A stretch of 60,910 nucleotides of DNA from an uncultured Eubacteriales bacterium (GTDB taxonomy: Bacteria > Bacillota > Clostridia > Lachnospirales > CAYPQA01): contig CAYPQA010000001.1 of NCBI GenBank assembly GCA_964412725.1, positions 1 through 60,910 of the forward strand, read 5' to 3'. Made by a program: the position numbers and the translations under genes. The notes under the pieces are model-generated. The model did no database searches and was not told the DNA's origin. It saw only the letters and a list, made by a program, of their open reading frames with translations. Within the stretch, counting starts at the first letter, position 1. Every line of letters starts with the position of its first letter. Below are positions 48,047-57,149 of this stretch, one piece after another.

Positions 48047-49219
48047 ATGGAATATATGTCGGCAAAGCAAGCCTCTGAAAAATGGGGTATTCATATGAGA
48101 AATGTGCAAACGCTCTGTGCAAATGGACGAGTACAAGGTGCAATGAAATTTGAGCGCTCGTGGCTTATTCCCAAAGATACCAAAAAACCCACTGACCCAC
48201 GCAAAAATCCCGCCTACAAGGCACAAAAGAACTCCCCATATATCCCCTACCTCCTTTTCGTTGACAGACTATCCTGCCACCCTGGTGAAGCGGACAAAAT
48301 CCTCATAGGTCTTGATGAGGAGGAAAGTCGGCACGCAGAGTGTACACTTGACTTTATGCGTGGGAAATTTGGCAAGGCAAAACAGCTTTATCTTGATACC
48401 TCTAAGAGCAGTAAGCTATGGCTCTGCGCTATGAATTTGGCTTGGTATGAAGCCGCTACATTGGGCAATTTGGAGTTGTTCAGCTCCATTAATAAAAACC
48501 TTGTTGAGCTGCAAAAGAAAAGCGAAAACGACGAAGTTTTACAACTTGTCGTTGAGATTTCAAGCAACATATGGGGTTATGGACTAAAGACAAAAGACGC
48601 CCCGTGGACTACAGAAGGCCTGCATCTATTGCCGTACAATACCAAAAAATGCTATTTTTTCGCAAACGCGTACTATGATTTACTTATCTCCAAAAACTAT
48701 CAGAGAGTGGCTTACGGCTTGGATACTTATCTGAACGGTCAACACGATGCAGGGTATAACCCACGAGATATTTTCTTGCACTTGTTTTGCGGAACAGCCT
48801 ACAACGCAATGGGGCAGCCCGAAAAAGCACGGGAATTTGCCGAAAAAGCGCTTGATTTGGCGCTACCGGACGGGTTTATATTTCCGTTCACCCGTTTTAC
48901 CACTATTTTCGGCAACACACTTACAGAGTGCATAAAGAAACGAGGCACGGATGTATACACAAGAATTATCGAGTTGGGCGAAAAGATGTATCAGAATTAC
49001 GTCACAATGCACAACCGTGTTACCAAAAACAATGTTAGCACCTTGCTTACAATCCACGAAATCGGGCTTGCGCAGCTTGTTGTTGCAGGGCATACAAATG
49101 AGAAAATAGCTGAAATGCTTGGGTGTTCGGTAGCTGCGGTAAAGCAACGGCTTGGGATTATTTTTGAGAAACTTGAGATAAGCAAACGAGGTGAAATTGT
49201 CAATTATATACTTTATTAA
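48047..49219 (+). CDS. Dual-HTH transcriptional regulator: N-terminal MerR/excisionase-like HTH, helical repeat middle, C-terminal LuxR/GerE HTH
   Basis: N-terminus MSAKQASEKWGIHMRNVQTLCANGRVQGA and C-terminus LTIHEIGLAQLVVAGHTNEKIAEMLGCSVAAVKQRL. AAGGAG SD. Confidence 0.75.
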   Translation: MEYMSAKQASEKWGIHMRNVQTLCANGRVQGAMKFERSWLIPKDTKKPTDPRKNPAYKAQKNSPYIPYLLFVDRLSCHPGEADKILIGLDEEESRHAECTLDFMRGKFGKAKQLYLDTSKSSKLWLCAMNLAWYEAATLGNLELFSSINKNLVELQKKSENDEVLQLVVEISSNIWGYGLKTKDAPWTTEGLHLLPYNTKKCYFFANAYYDLLISKNYQRVAYGLDTYLNGQHDAGYNPRDIFLHLFCGTAYNAMGQPEKAREFAEKALDLALPDGFIFPFTRFTTIFGNTLTECIKKRGTDVYTRIIELGEKMYQNYVTMHNRVTKNNVSTLLTIHEIGLAQLVVAGHTNEKIAEMLGCSVAAVKQRLGIIFEKLEISKRGEIVNYILY

Positions 49220-49223
49220 ATAT

Positions 49224-49256
49224 AGCCACTCCCCCACAGGGAGTGGCTTTGATTTT
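49224..49256 (+). terminator. Rho-independent terminator after the LuxR-type regulator
   Basis: AGCCACTCCC-CCACA-GGGAGTGGCT followed by TTGATTTT. Confidence 0.75.
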
Positions 49257-49330
49257 GCCTTTTGAAATGTATAGACTATGCTCAGTGTAGTTATATCTAC
49301 AAGAATATGTTTATACGAGGTGAAAAAGAA

Positions 49331-50062
49331 ATGCAAAAATTAGAAATACGTTCGAGGGATTCACCGAGAGAAGGTACAGCAGTAAAACACGAGGCAGCGT
49401 ATGTACCCTACATACTGATTACTGACAATTTGACATTTCCACCTGGCAAGGCAGACGAAATAGTGAGCAATGTTATTGTTGCATTTGACGACGCTGATGT
49501 TTCAGACCTTATAAACGAAAAAGGTGTTCCGTACATCGGCTTAAATACCATGGATATACCACAGTCGCAAAACTCACCGCGGCCATATAACTCCTGTATG
49601 AGGTTCCTTAAAGAAAAGCTGGGAATGAGCGTATATACATCAAACAACATTGGTATAGAGGAAGCATTATTTAATGCCGATTACGCACAAAACAGCCTAA
49701 TTACGGCCGGTTACCCCAAAAACGGTTATGCCTACATGAAAGGCAGGACGTTTAAGGAGCTGCCGGCGGGTTACGAATCCTTGGTGAACTTGGCGAAGGA
49801 TAACGCCTTTATCTCCGGGCTTTGTAAGCTTAACCCCGGCGATTATCAAGGTAAGTCAGTAGCTTTTACGTATAACTATATGCGAAAGGACAGAGAGGAT
49901 TGTGCAAGGATAACCGTGTTCGCTATGAACTGCTACAGTAGGGGGCATACACAAGCCTTCTACAATCTGATCTCCAATGCTATCTATTGCAGCGTTGCCG
50001 ACGAGCTTGAGTTTTACAACAAGATGTTATTGGAAAACGCCGAGAACCTTGTAAGGGAATGA
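49331..50062 (+). CDS. Hypothetical protein sharing a ~30-aa motif with the upstream regulator but lacking both HTH domains
   Basis: The ATG at 49331 follows GAGGTG. AAYVPYILITDNLTFPPGKADEIV parallels SPYIPYLLFVDRLSCHPGEADKIL in the 48047 gene. I recognised no other motif. Confidence 0.55.
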   Translation: MQKLEIRSRDSPREGTAVKHEAAYVPYILITDNLTFPPGKADEIVSNVIVAFDDADVSDLINEKGVPYIGLNTMDIPQSQNSPRPYNSCMRFLKEKLGMSVYTSNNIGIEEALFNADYAQNSLITAGYPKNGYAYMKGRTFKELPAGYESLVNLAKDNAFISGLCKLNPGDYQGKSVAFTYNYMRKDREDCARITVFAMNCYSRGHTQAFYNLISNAIYCSVADELEFYNKMLLENAENLVRE

Positions 50063-50170
50063 GAGGAACCGAGAGCTTATCCAACAAAAATTCGCTTCGT
50101 TATCGTTGTCGAATAGGCTCAAAATGATATGTAATACTTTAGGAGGAACAACAAAATTAGAAAGAGAATT

Positions 50171-53100
50171 ATGAGTTTTATGCTCACACTGGCAATGGTA
50201 TTTACGCTGTTGCCGAATGTGGGTATGATAACAGTACAAGCGGCGGTGCAGACAACAGGGATTGACTTAACCGTGGCAAGCCCGCCGACAAGCGGCACGA
50301 ACTGGACGTATGACAGCGCAGCAAACACGCTGTACCTAAACGGCGTGAACATTAGTGCAACAGGTGTTCCCGCAGTTAAAGTGCCCGGAAACACCACGAT
50401 TGAGCTTATTGGGCTTAATACACTCACGTCAGACCAAGCTGCCATATTAGTGGGTAGCACAGGTTCGCTTACACTCCAAGGCTCCGGGGTGCTTGACGCT
50501 ACATCGTCATTTGCCACGGGCGGCACAATAAGTAATTCAAACGGTCCATTAACAATTAACAGCGGGTACTATAAAGTGAAAAACAACATTAATACAGGAA
50601 GCGGCAGCACACCTTATTCAATAGCTACAACCGATGACATTACAATCAATGGTGGATATATCGACACAACAGGTAATCTAGCAGGCGGTATTTCGGCCAC
50701 CAATAATTTTACCATGAACGGCGGGTACCTATATACAGTGTCTAAGTTAACAAATGGCCCCATTGCAATAGCCGCATTGAATAATATAGTCGTCAACGGT
50801 GGCTACATCGAAGCGTTAGCCGAAAACAATACGACTGCCGTGTATGGTATACGAGCAGTTAATGGCAGCTTCGCAAACAACGGAGGTGTTGTAAAAGTAA
50901 CTGCCAGCAATACCAGCAGCACTTCTGTCGGCATAACGGCTAAAACCTCTGTCACTTTTGACGGCGGCGTAACAATAGCGAAATGCGGCACGTCAGGTTC
51001 CGGAGTAGGTGGGGCAGTGCGTGTAGGAAGTGCTAATTTTACAGGCACCATTAGCTTGTCGAATAGTGAAACAGGAAAGCAATCAGACGCAACGACCGCG
51101 CTTTTTGATAACGGCGTAAACGGCAATTACAAATTCTTTGCGGTTTCAAGCGGCGGCGCTACTCCCGCAACCGATGTTGTTGTCGCTAAAGCCTTCTCCA
51201 ACACCACAATCAGCCCAACAACCCTCGACGGTCACTATGTTAAAATTACAACTACCGACACAAGCGGCTTTTCTACTACGTCTGATTTTATCGTAGCCGG
51301 CGGCAGTTATGTTGAATCTACGGCAACTGCCGTTAAAGCTGTTTCCGCTTCAATAAGCGGTGCCGGAACGCTTGTAGGCATATCGAGCGAGGATGGTACC
51401 ACCGGAATTAACGTCAAAGGATGTACAACAACCGGAACGCTTGTAGGCATTGCTGAAACTACCGGTGTTGGTTTGGGCAATAGCAGCGGAACTGTAACGC
51501 CTTCTGGCAGCATAATTGGCAAGGGCAATAACGGAATTTCTTTTGCCTCTGCACAAACGCTTTCGGCCGGTAATTTTATCGGCATTGGCGGAACTTACGG
51601 AGCTGGCGTAAGTTTTTCAAGTACAGTCACTGTTTCCGAAGCAAGCATCACTGGGTACGGAGTATCAAAAGCAGTTTCCGGTAACATAACAATCACCAAC
51701 GGCAGTGTTACGGCTTTAGGAACCCACGCAAACTCCGCTTTTTCCGGTACCACGATTAATATCAACGGCGGCAAGGTGTGGGCATATAACCAAGGCACCG
51801 GCGGTTCAATTTCTGCAACAACGTTTACAATCGACGCTTCTGTATCAAAAGCGGCACTTCCGAACGACAAAACCTACGGCGATGGGCTCACCACAAAGGC
51901 TGTGAGCGGCAATGCTGTATCAGAAAAGATAGCGTTTTTCGGCGGTCCTACGCTTGAGCCTCCCGTAAGTGCCACAGGTGTAACACTTAATAAATCAACC
52001 ACAAGCATTGTCAAAGGCGACACAGAAACACTAACGGCAAGCGTTGCACCGGCAAACGCAACAAACAAGGCAGTAACGTGGTCGAGCAGTAACACGGGTA
52101 TAGCGACTATTGCTAATGGTGTTATCACGGCCGTAGCGGTAGGTACAGCAACAATTATAGTTACAACCGCGGACGGTGGGTACACAGCAACGTGTGCGGT
52201 CACAGTAACAGCACCGCCGCTATCGAGTATTGCCGTAAAGACCCCGCCGACAAAAGTAGCGTATACCTATGGAGAAATCTTTGCTCCGGTCGGTATGGTT
52301 ATTGAAGCTACTTACACAGACAATTCAAAGGCTGATGTAACAGGCTATACGTATTCACCAAACGGTACACTCACAATGTCTGACACGACAATAATAATAA
52401 GCTACACCGAGGGCGGTATAACAAAGGAAACGACACAATCAATCACTATGCAAAAGGCAACCGCAACCGAAGCAATGAAAACAGCAACTGGCACGGTATC
52501 CAAAGTCGGAGCAAAAGACACAACCATCACACTGCCAACCAAACCGGCGGGTGCAACCTACGGCACACCAACAGCAGGCGGCACAATCACGATGACCGGT
52601 ATGAGCCTAAATGGTGATGTGCTTACCTACACTGCACCGGCAAGCACGGCAGGAGATACAGGCACTATTACTATCTCTGTTACAAATGCAACCAACTACA
52701 ACGATTACAGCATAACGGTGACAATTACTTCCACCAACAAAATCCCTGTTACCATAACCGGATTGACTGACCCGAATAAGACCTATGACGGTAGTGCAAT
52801 CACAGATGGCGCTTTCGGTACGCCAAGTTTCAGTCCGTCATGGTCGGGTACATTGACTTACACCTACTATGAGGGCAACGTAACAACAGGCGCTGCATTA
52901 TCAATCGCACCCAAAAATATTGGAGATTACACCCTTGTTGCCGCTATCCCCGACAGCGACGCAGGTCATGCCGGCTCGGCAACTGTGCCGTTTACCATTG
53001 CTAAAAAGGATATAACCATAACAGCAGATGATAAGTCTATGATAAAAGGCGGCACACCGCCAACCTATACGGTGACTTATGCAGGCTTTGTGGGAACGGA

Positions 53101-55045
53101 CAGTAAGGACAACGCTCTGACCACAGAAGCCGTTGCGACTTGTTCGGCTGATGGTCAAACAGCGGGTACTTTCCCCATAACATTCTCTACACAAGCTGTG
53201 TTGAATGGTACGGTTGGAGCTAATTACACAATTACGGCTCATAACAATGGTACGCTGACAGTTAATGAAAGCACCCACACCGTAACCTTTGACAGTCAAG
53301 GCGGCAGTGCGGTAAATCCTCTTACAAACGTAACAAATGGAACAACAATTAGCGCTCCTGCCGCACCAACTAAAGCTAACAATACTTTTGGCGGTTGGTA
53401 CAAAGAACCGGCTTGTACAACAGCTTGGAATTTTGCAAGCGACACAGTAACAGCGGATATTATCCTGTATGCGAAGTGGACACAAGTATTAACCTACACC
53501 ATCTCAGCAAGTGCCGGTTCAGGCGGTACAATCTCGCCAAGCGGTTCCGTATCGGTTGCGAGCGGCGCAAGCCAAACATTTACCATTTCGCCATACAGCA
53601 ATTACAGCATTTCAAACGTAGTTGTTGACGGTGTAAACCAAGGAGCAATTTCAAGTTACACATTCACGAACGTAACAGCAAACCACACCATTACCGTAAG
53701 CTTCACTTATCACGACGGCGGTGGCGGTGGCGGTAGTGACCCAACACCTACACCTAACCCTACTCCTGTTCCGACACCCACGCCCACTATACCGTCAATC
53801 GGCAATGTAACAGATTCGAAACAACAGGTTAAGCAAGACGTTAAAATCAACATCATTGTATCAAGCAAGGATAGCAGTAAAACAGATAGCCCTGTTGTGT
53901 CGGTAACGGTTAAAGACAAGGCTGTAAGCGTTGGTATACCTCAATCGGTAGTGACTGATGCAATCAAGACAGCAACGGATTTATCCAAGAACAATGGCGA
54001 AAAGACCACAGTTAAGTTTGACTTGACGGCTTCAGACAACTTCAAGACCATGAACGCCGAATTACCCAAAGCGGCAATGACAGAGCTTGCGAAGAATGTT
54101 GACAATCTTGTTATTCAGACACAGCTTGGCGTTCTGAATCTTGATAAAAAGGCTATGACCACCGTTGCTAATGCCGCAACAAAATCAGTTACCATTAGCA
54201 CAGTAGCGGTCGACAAAACTGCGTTGCCAAAAGAAACACAAACGCTTGTGGGTGATAAGCCTGTGTATGACTTCACCATTACAAGCGGAAACAAGACAAT
54301 CTCTAACTTCGGTAACGGCAGAGCTGTTATAACCTTACCGTATACGCTTACAAAAGGCGAAAAAGCGAACAACATCGTCATTTATTACTTGGGCGATAAG
54401 GGTAATCTTGAAGTTGTAAAGAGTTGTAACTATGATGAAAAAACAAAGACAGTATCGTTTGCTACAACGCACTTCTCCAAGTACACAGTAGGCTTGAAAA
54501 CCGCAAGCTATCTTGACGTTCCGCAGGATTGGTACACAAACGCTGTTGAATATGTAACCATCAGAGGACTGTTTAATGGCTACAACGGCAACTTTACTCC
54601 GAAAGGCACAATGACAAGAGCAATGTTTGTTCAAGTCCTTGCAAACCTTGAAGGTATATCACCGACTACCTATATCGGTTCGGTATATGCCGATGTAGAC
54701 AAGAACGCTTGGTATTCCGGTGCTGTTATGTGGGCAACAAGCAATAAGCTCATCCGTGCCAAGGATGGTCTAATCAAGCCTGACGAAGCCATCAGCCGTG
54801 AAGAAATGGCTGTTATCCTTTACAACTATATCAAGTACAAAGGCATTGACCTTAATGTTGTAAACGACAAGCCATTCGCCGACATCAACGATGTAAGCAC
54901 TGAAGCTAAGACAGCGGTAGAGTTTATGAAAAAGTACGGTTTGATTGAGGGCATGGGTAACAACACCTACGCACCTAAACGTATAGCCACGAGAGCCGAG
55001 GTTGCGGCAATATTTACAAATGTCATTCAGGTACTTGCAAAATAA
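50171..55045 (+). CDS. Giant SLH-anchored cell-surface protein. Domains: beta-helix-like NGG repeats, Big_2, Big_3-like, YDG/MBG, Listeria-Bacteroides repeat, PT linker, 3x SLH
   Basis: 1,624-aa ORF with a signal-peptide-like N-terminus. The domain motifs are listed in the sub-features and findings. A strong terminator lies downstream. The true start may be the ATT at 50156. Confidence 0.9.
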   Translation: MSFMLTLAMVFTLLPNVGMITVQAAVQTTGIDLTVASPPTSGTNWTYDSAANTLYLNGVNISATGVPAVKVPGNTTIELIGLNTLTSDQAAILVGSTGSLTLQGSGVLDATSSFATGGTISNSNGPLTINSGYYKVKNNINTGSGSTPYSIATTDDITINGGYIDTTGNLAGGISATNNFTMNGGYLYTVSKLTNGPIAIAALNNIVVNGGYIEALAENNTTAVYGIRAVNGSFANNGGVVKVTASNTSSTSVGITAKTSVTFDGGVTIAKCGTSGSGVGGAVRVGSANFTGTISLSNSETGKQSDATTALFDNGVNGNYKFFAVSSGGATPATDVVVAKAFSNTTISPTTLDGHYVKITTTDTSGFSTTSDFIVAGGSYVESTATAVKAVSASISGAGTLVGISSEDGTTGINVKGCTTTGTLVGIAETTGVGLGNSSGTVTPSGSIIGKGNNGISFASAQTLSAGNFIGIGGTYGAGVSFSSTVTVSEASITGYGVSKAVSGNITITNGSVTALGTHANSAFSGTTININGGKVWAYNQGTGGSISATTFTIDASVSKAALPNDKTYGDGLTTKAVSGNAVSEKIAFFGGPTLEPPVSATGVTLNKSTTSIVKGDTETLTASVAPANATNKAVTWSSSNTGIATIANGVITAVAVGTATIIVTTADGGYTATCAVTVTAPPLSSIAVKTPPTKVAYTYGEIFAPVGMVIEATYTDNSKADVTGYTYSPNGTLTMSDTTIIISYTEGGITKETTQSITMQKATATEAMKTATGTVSKVGAKDTTITLPTKPAGATYGTPTAGGTITMTGMSLNGDVLTYTAPASTAGDTGTITISVTNATNYNDYSITVTITSTNKIPVTITGLTDPNKTYDGSAITDGAFGTPSFSPSWSGTLTYTYYEGNVTTGAALSIAPKNIGDYTLVAAIPDSDAGHAGSATVPFTIAKKDITITADDKSMIKGGTPPTYTVTYAGFVGTDSKDNALTTEAVATCSADGQTAGTFPITFSTQAVLNGTVGANYTITAHNNGTLTVNESTHTVTFDSQGGSAVNPLTNVTNGTTISAPAAPTKANNTFGGWYKEPACTTAWNFASDTVTADIILYAKWTQVLTYTISASAGSGGTISPSGSVSVASGASQTFTISPYSNYSISNVVVDGVNQGAISSYTFTNVTANHTITVSFTYHDGGGGGGSDPTPTPNPTPVPTPTPTIPSIGNVTDSKQQVKQDVKINIIVSSKDSSKTDSPVVSVTVKDKAVSVGIPQSVVTDAIKTATDLSKNNGEKTTVKFDLTASDNFKTMNAELPKAAMTELAKNVDNLVIQTQLGVLNLDKKAMTTVANAATKSVTISTVAVDKTALPKETQTLVGDKPVYDFTITSGNKTISNFGNGRAVITLPYTLTKGEKANNIVIYYLGDKGNLEVVKSCNYDEKTKTVSFATTHFSKYTVGLKTASYLDVPQDWYTNAVEYVTIRGLFNGYNGNFTPKGTMTRAMFVQVLANLEGISPTTYIGSVYADVDKNAWYSGAVMWATSNKLIRAKDGLIKPDEAISREEMAVILYNYIKYKGIDLNVVNDKPFADINDVSTEAKTAVEFMKKYGLIEGMGNNTYAPKRIATRAEVAAIFTNVIQVLAK
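51962..52213 (+). other. Big_2 (bacterial Ig-like group 2) domain within the giant protein
   Basis: VTLNKSTTSIVKGDTETLTASVAPANATNKAVTWSSSNTGIATIANGVITAVAVGTATIIVTTADGGYTATCAVTV. Confidence 0.8.
53714..53791 (+). repeat. Gly6 plus Pro/Thr-rich linker (low-complexity coding repeat)
   Basis: DGGGGGGSDPTPTPNPTPVPTPTPT, encoded by GGC/GGT and CCn-ACn repeats. Confidence 0.8.
54506..55042 (+). other. Three tandem S-layer homology (SLH) domains
   Basis: YLDVPQDWYTNAVEYV...TRAMFVQVLANL; YADVDKNAWYSGAVMWA...SREEMAVILYNY; FADINDVSTEAKTAVEFM...TRAEVAAIFTNV. Confidence 0.85.
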
Positions 55046-55095
55046 GCAAGCAGTTATCATGACAGGGAGGATAAAACTTCCTAAATGATACATGA

Positions 55096-55140
55096 AAGTC
55101 CCCTATGTTATGAAAACAACATAGGGGACTTTTTGCTTTT
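55096..55140 (+). terminator. Rho-independent terminator after the giant surface protein gene
   Basis: Perfect 14-bp stem AAGTCCCCTATGTT / AACATAGGGGACTT with an 8-nt loop, followed by TTTGCTTTT. Confidence 0.85.
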
Positions 55141-55226
55141 GTTCAAAAAAAGCTAAACAGGGGGAGCTATTCTTTTTACATTCTACAAATATTTGTAGAT
55201 GGCTCTGCTTTTTGTATTAGTTATCA

Positions 55227-56081
55227 TTAATTTAATTGGTTATAAACCCAATTTGTGGTATAGTCATCAGCTTTTTTGGGATATTCATAATTTAAAGAAT
55301 CTGAAATTTGAACAGCAACTTTGCGAAATAAATTCATTGTAGCCAACAGGGCGGATTTTATGTCGTTTTTGTCATAGTGCGCATAGGCATTTCGCATATC
55401 CTCAACAATCCATGGCTCTGCCCATTTATCAAAAAATCGTCCTTGATGCCATGTTTCATAATTTACGCCGTGAATTATATGCTCCAGGCATTCAATCAGC
55501 AAAAAAAGCTTTGATTTCATATAACCATCCAAACATGATTTGGCTGCCCATATTTCGCCACGCTTTAATTTTTTACTAGTCCAAACTGTATGATACCAAA
55601 AATCATTAACAATTGAGCTGAATTCTTCTGTTGGTAATAATTTGTACTGAACGTCCACCAAAGTGAGTTTCTTTAGCGCATCGTTTATGTTGATTTTGTC
55701 AATTATAACCCGATAGCCTCGGTGCAAAACTGATGGTAAGGCCTCGCTTTGAGCAAGCTTTTCCTTTATTTCTTCAGGTATGATAATAAAATCAACGTCC
55801 AAACCTCCGTCAAACAATATTCTGCGTTCCTTTGCGCCATCCAGGCTATTCTCAATGAAGGATACAAAGTATTCGCCAATATGAGTAACCCATTCATCTG
55901 AATCTAAAAAGTAGCCAGTGTCGTTCACAATCAGCACAATATCAAGGTCGGAATATTCGTCAGCGGGGCTTTCGGTTCTTGCCTGCGAGCCGATAATGAT
56001 TGCCGCCTTTAATTTTTCGGACGATAGACCCCATTTAGTAAAGTTTTCAATAATATTTTTATACAGATTCAACATTAACAC
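55227..56081 (-). CDS. Aminoglycoside 6-adenylyltransferase-like nucleotidyltransferase (ANT(6)/AadK family)
   Basis: 284 aa with a nucleotidyltransferase motif (IIGSQARTESPADEYSDLDIVLIV). The C-terminal helical domain resembles streptomycin adenylyltransferases (NDFWYHTVW...). The family assignment comes from remembered similarity only. Confidence 0.55.
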   Translation of the reverse strand: MLMLNLYKNIIENFTKWGLSSEKLKAAIIIGSQARTESPADEYSDLDIVLIVNDTGYFLDSDEWVTHIGEYFVSFIENSLDGAKERRILFDGGLDVDFIIIPEEIKEKLAQSEALPSVLHRGYRVIIDKININDALKKLTLVDVQYKLLPTEEFSSIVNDFWYHTVWTSKKLKRGEIWAAKSCLDGYMKSKLFLLIECLEHIIHGVNYETWHQGRFFDKWAEPWIVEDMRNAYAHYDKNDIKSALLATMNLFRKVAVQISDSLNYEYPKKADDYTTNWVYNQLN

Positions 56082-56125
56082 CCCTAAGCTTTATTATGAA
56101 AATAACACACTTCAAATATTTATAG

Positions 56126-56743
56126 CTAATACCCCAGTGTTTCGTTTACAATAATTACTTTAATTCTATTTTCTATAAATTGCCCAGCTATGAGTACAAA
56201 GTCATTACAAATACGTTGTTTGTGATTACAATCAACACATTTGCCAAGCTTTGTGCAAGGTGTTTCTTTTTTGAGCCTTTTGGCATCTAATGGGGCAGCA
56301 ATCTGTCTTGTTCTTTCCATTGCTGCATCAATATTTTCCACTATTTTATTTATACCAACAACAATGATAACATTTTTAGGCCCATAAATTATAGGTGCAA
56401 CTCTGCTACCATTGCCGTCAATGTTAAATATTTTGCCGTCTACTGTAACAGCGTTTGAGCCAGTAATAAACGTATCTGCGTTAAAATTCTTCAGATATAT
56501 ATCACGCTTATCTTCCGGAGTAAGACCAAACTTATACTTATCATAAAAAGTAAATTTTCCATTCCGTAGAAATTCAAATACACCCGTTTGCTCCAAGGTG
56601 ACGGAGTCACCGCATCCAACAGTAGAACCTTCTTGTATAAGATTGGATATTAAAGCTATAAGTTCATTTTGATTAGAAACAAAATAACCTGACATATTAT
56701 TTTTTCTCAGGTTTTTTAGAACACTTTCAATTACGTCAGACAT
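56126..56743 (-). CDS. LUD domain-containing protein (LutC/YkgG-like)
   Basis: GSNAVTVDGKIFNIDGNGSRVAPIIYGPKNVIIVVGINKIV and a C-terminal Cys cluster CTKLGKCVDCNHKQRIC. Confidence 0.75.
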   Translation of the reverse strand: MSDVIESVLKNLRKNNMSGYFVSNQNELIALISNLIQEGSTVGCGDSVTLEQTGVFEFLRNGKFTFYDKYKFGLTPEDKRDIYLKNFNADTFITGSNAVTVDGKIFNIDGNGSRVAPIIYGPKNVIIVVGINKIVENIDAAMERTRQIAAPLDAKRLKKETPCTKLGKCVDCNHKQRICNDFVLIAGQFIENRIKVIIVNETLGY

Positions 56744-56777
56744 ATTTCACCTTTAGCAATATATTGTTTGTAGGCTC

Positions 56778-57149
56778 TTAGGCGTTAGTACACAAAGAAA
56801 GCCATGAACAATCTTTACAAATCCTTGGCAAGAGATTTTGGCTCAATATGTTCTTGTCAACAGACTTTGCAAGATAGTGAAAGCTATATGAATGCTCCGG
56901 ACTTAGACCGCAGGTTTCCAGAACTCTGCGGTCATATGCGGATACCTTTTCATCTGTAACACAGGTTTCTCCGCTCAAATTCGGGCAACATTCACATATG
57001 CTATCCTTAGAGCAGGTTAAAAATACTTGGGATTTTTGGTTTGCTCTAAGCTCATTAATTATATTGTTCATGTTTTGTGTAAATTTTTTATCGTACCCCT
57101 TACCTACAAAGAAATTTATACATAACAAATGATGCGGCCTTAGCTTCAT
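56778..57149 (-). CDS. DUF1284 domain-containing Cys-rich protein
   Basis: N-terminal MKLRPHHLLCINFFVGKGYD and several CxxC-like clusters (CECCPN, CKDC). The start overlaps the lyase stop (ATGA). Confidence 0.6.
   Translation of the reverse strand: MKLRPHHLLCINFFVGKGYDKKFTQNMNNIINELRANQKSQVFLTCSKDSICECCPNLSGETCVTDEKVSAYDRRVLETCGLSPEHSYSFHYLAKSVDKNILSQNLLPRICKDCSWLSLCTNA

Noticed and set aside
51363-51450. A 19-nt direct repeat (CCGGAACGCTTGTAGGCAT) occurs twice, 69 nt apart, inside the giant gene. I considered it as a DGR template/variable repeat or a recombination substrate.
   Set aside because: It simply encodes the repeated peptide GTLVGI in the beta-helix-like repeats. The window has no reverse transcriptase, no adenine-specific mismatch pattern and no second long copy.
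50119-55093. Numerous 60-194-aa antisense and off-frame ORFs inside the giant surface-protein gene (for example 52901..53485 minus and 50119..50526 minus).
   Set aside because: They lie wholly within a long, well-supported ORF of biased, repeat-rich composition. They have no SD sequences and give low-complexity translations. They are best explained as statistical artefacts.
55182-55199. Perfect 18-bp palindrome TCTACAAATATTTGTAGA, 28 nt downstream of the ANT(6)-like gene stop.
   Set aside because: It is AT-rich with essentially no loop and no U-run on the relevant strand, so it is a poor terminator. It has no adjacent promoter or regulator to make an operator claim testable from sequence alone. 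I noted it but make no call.
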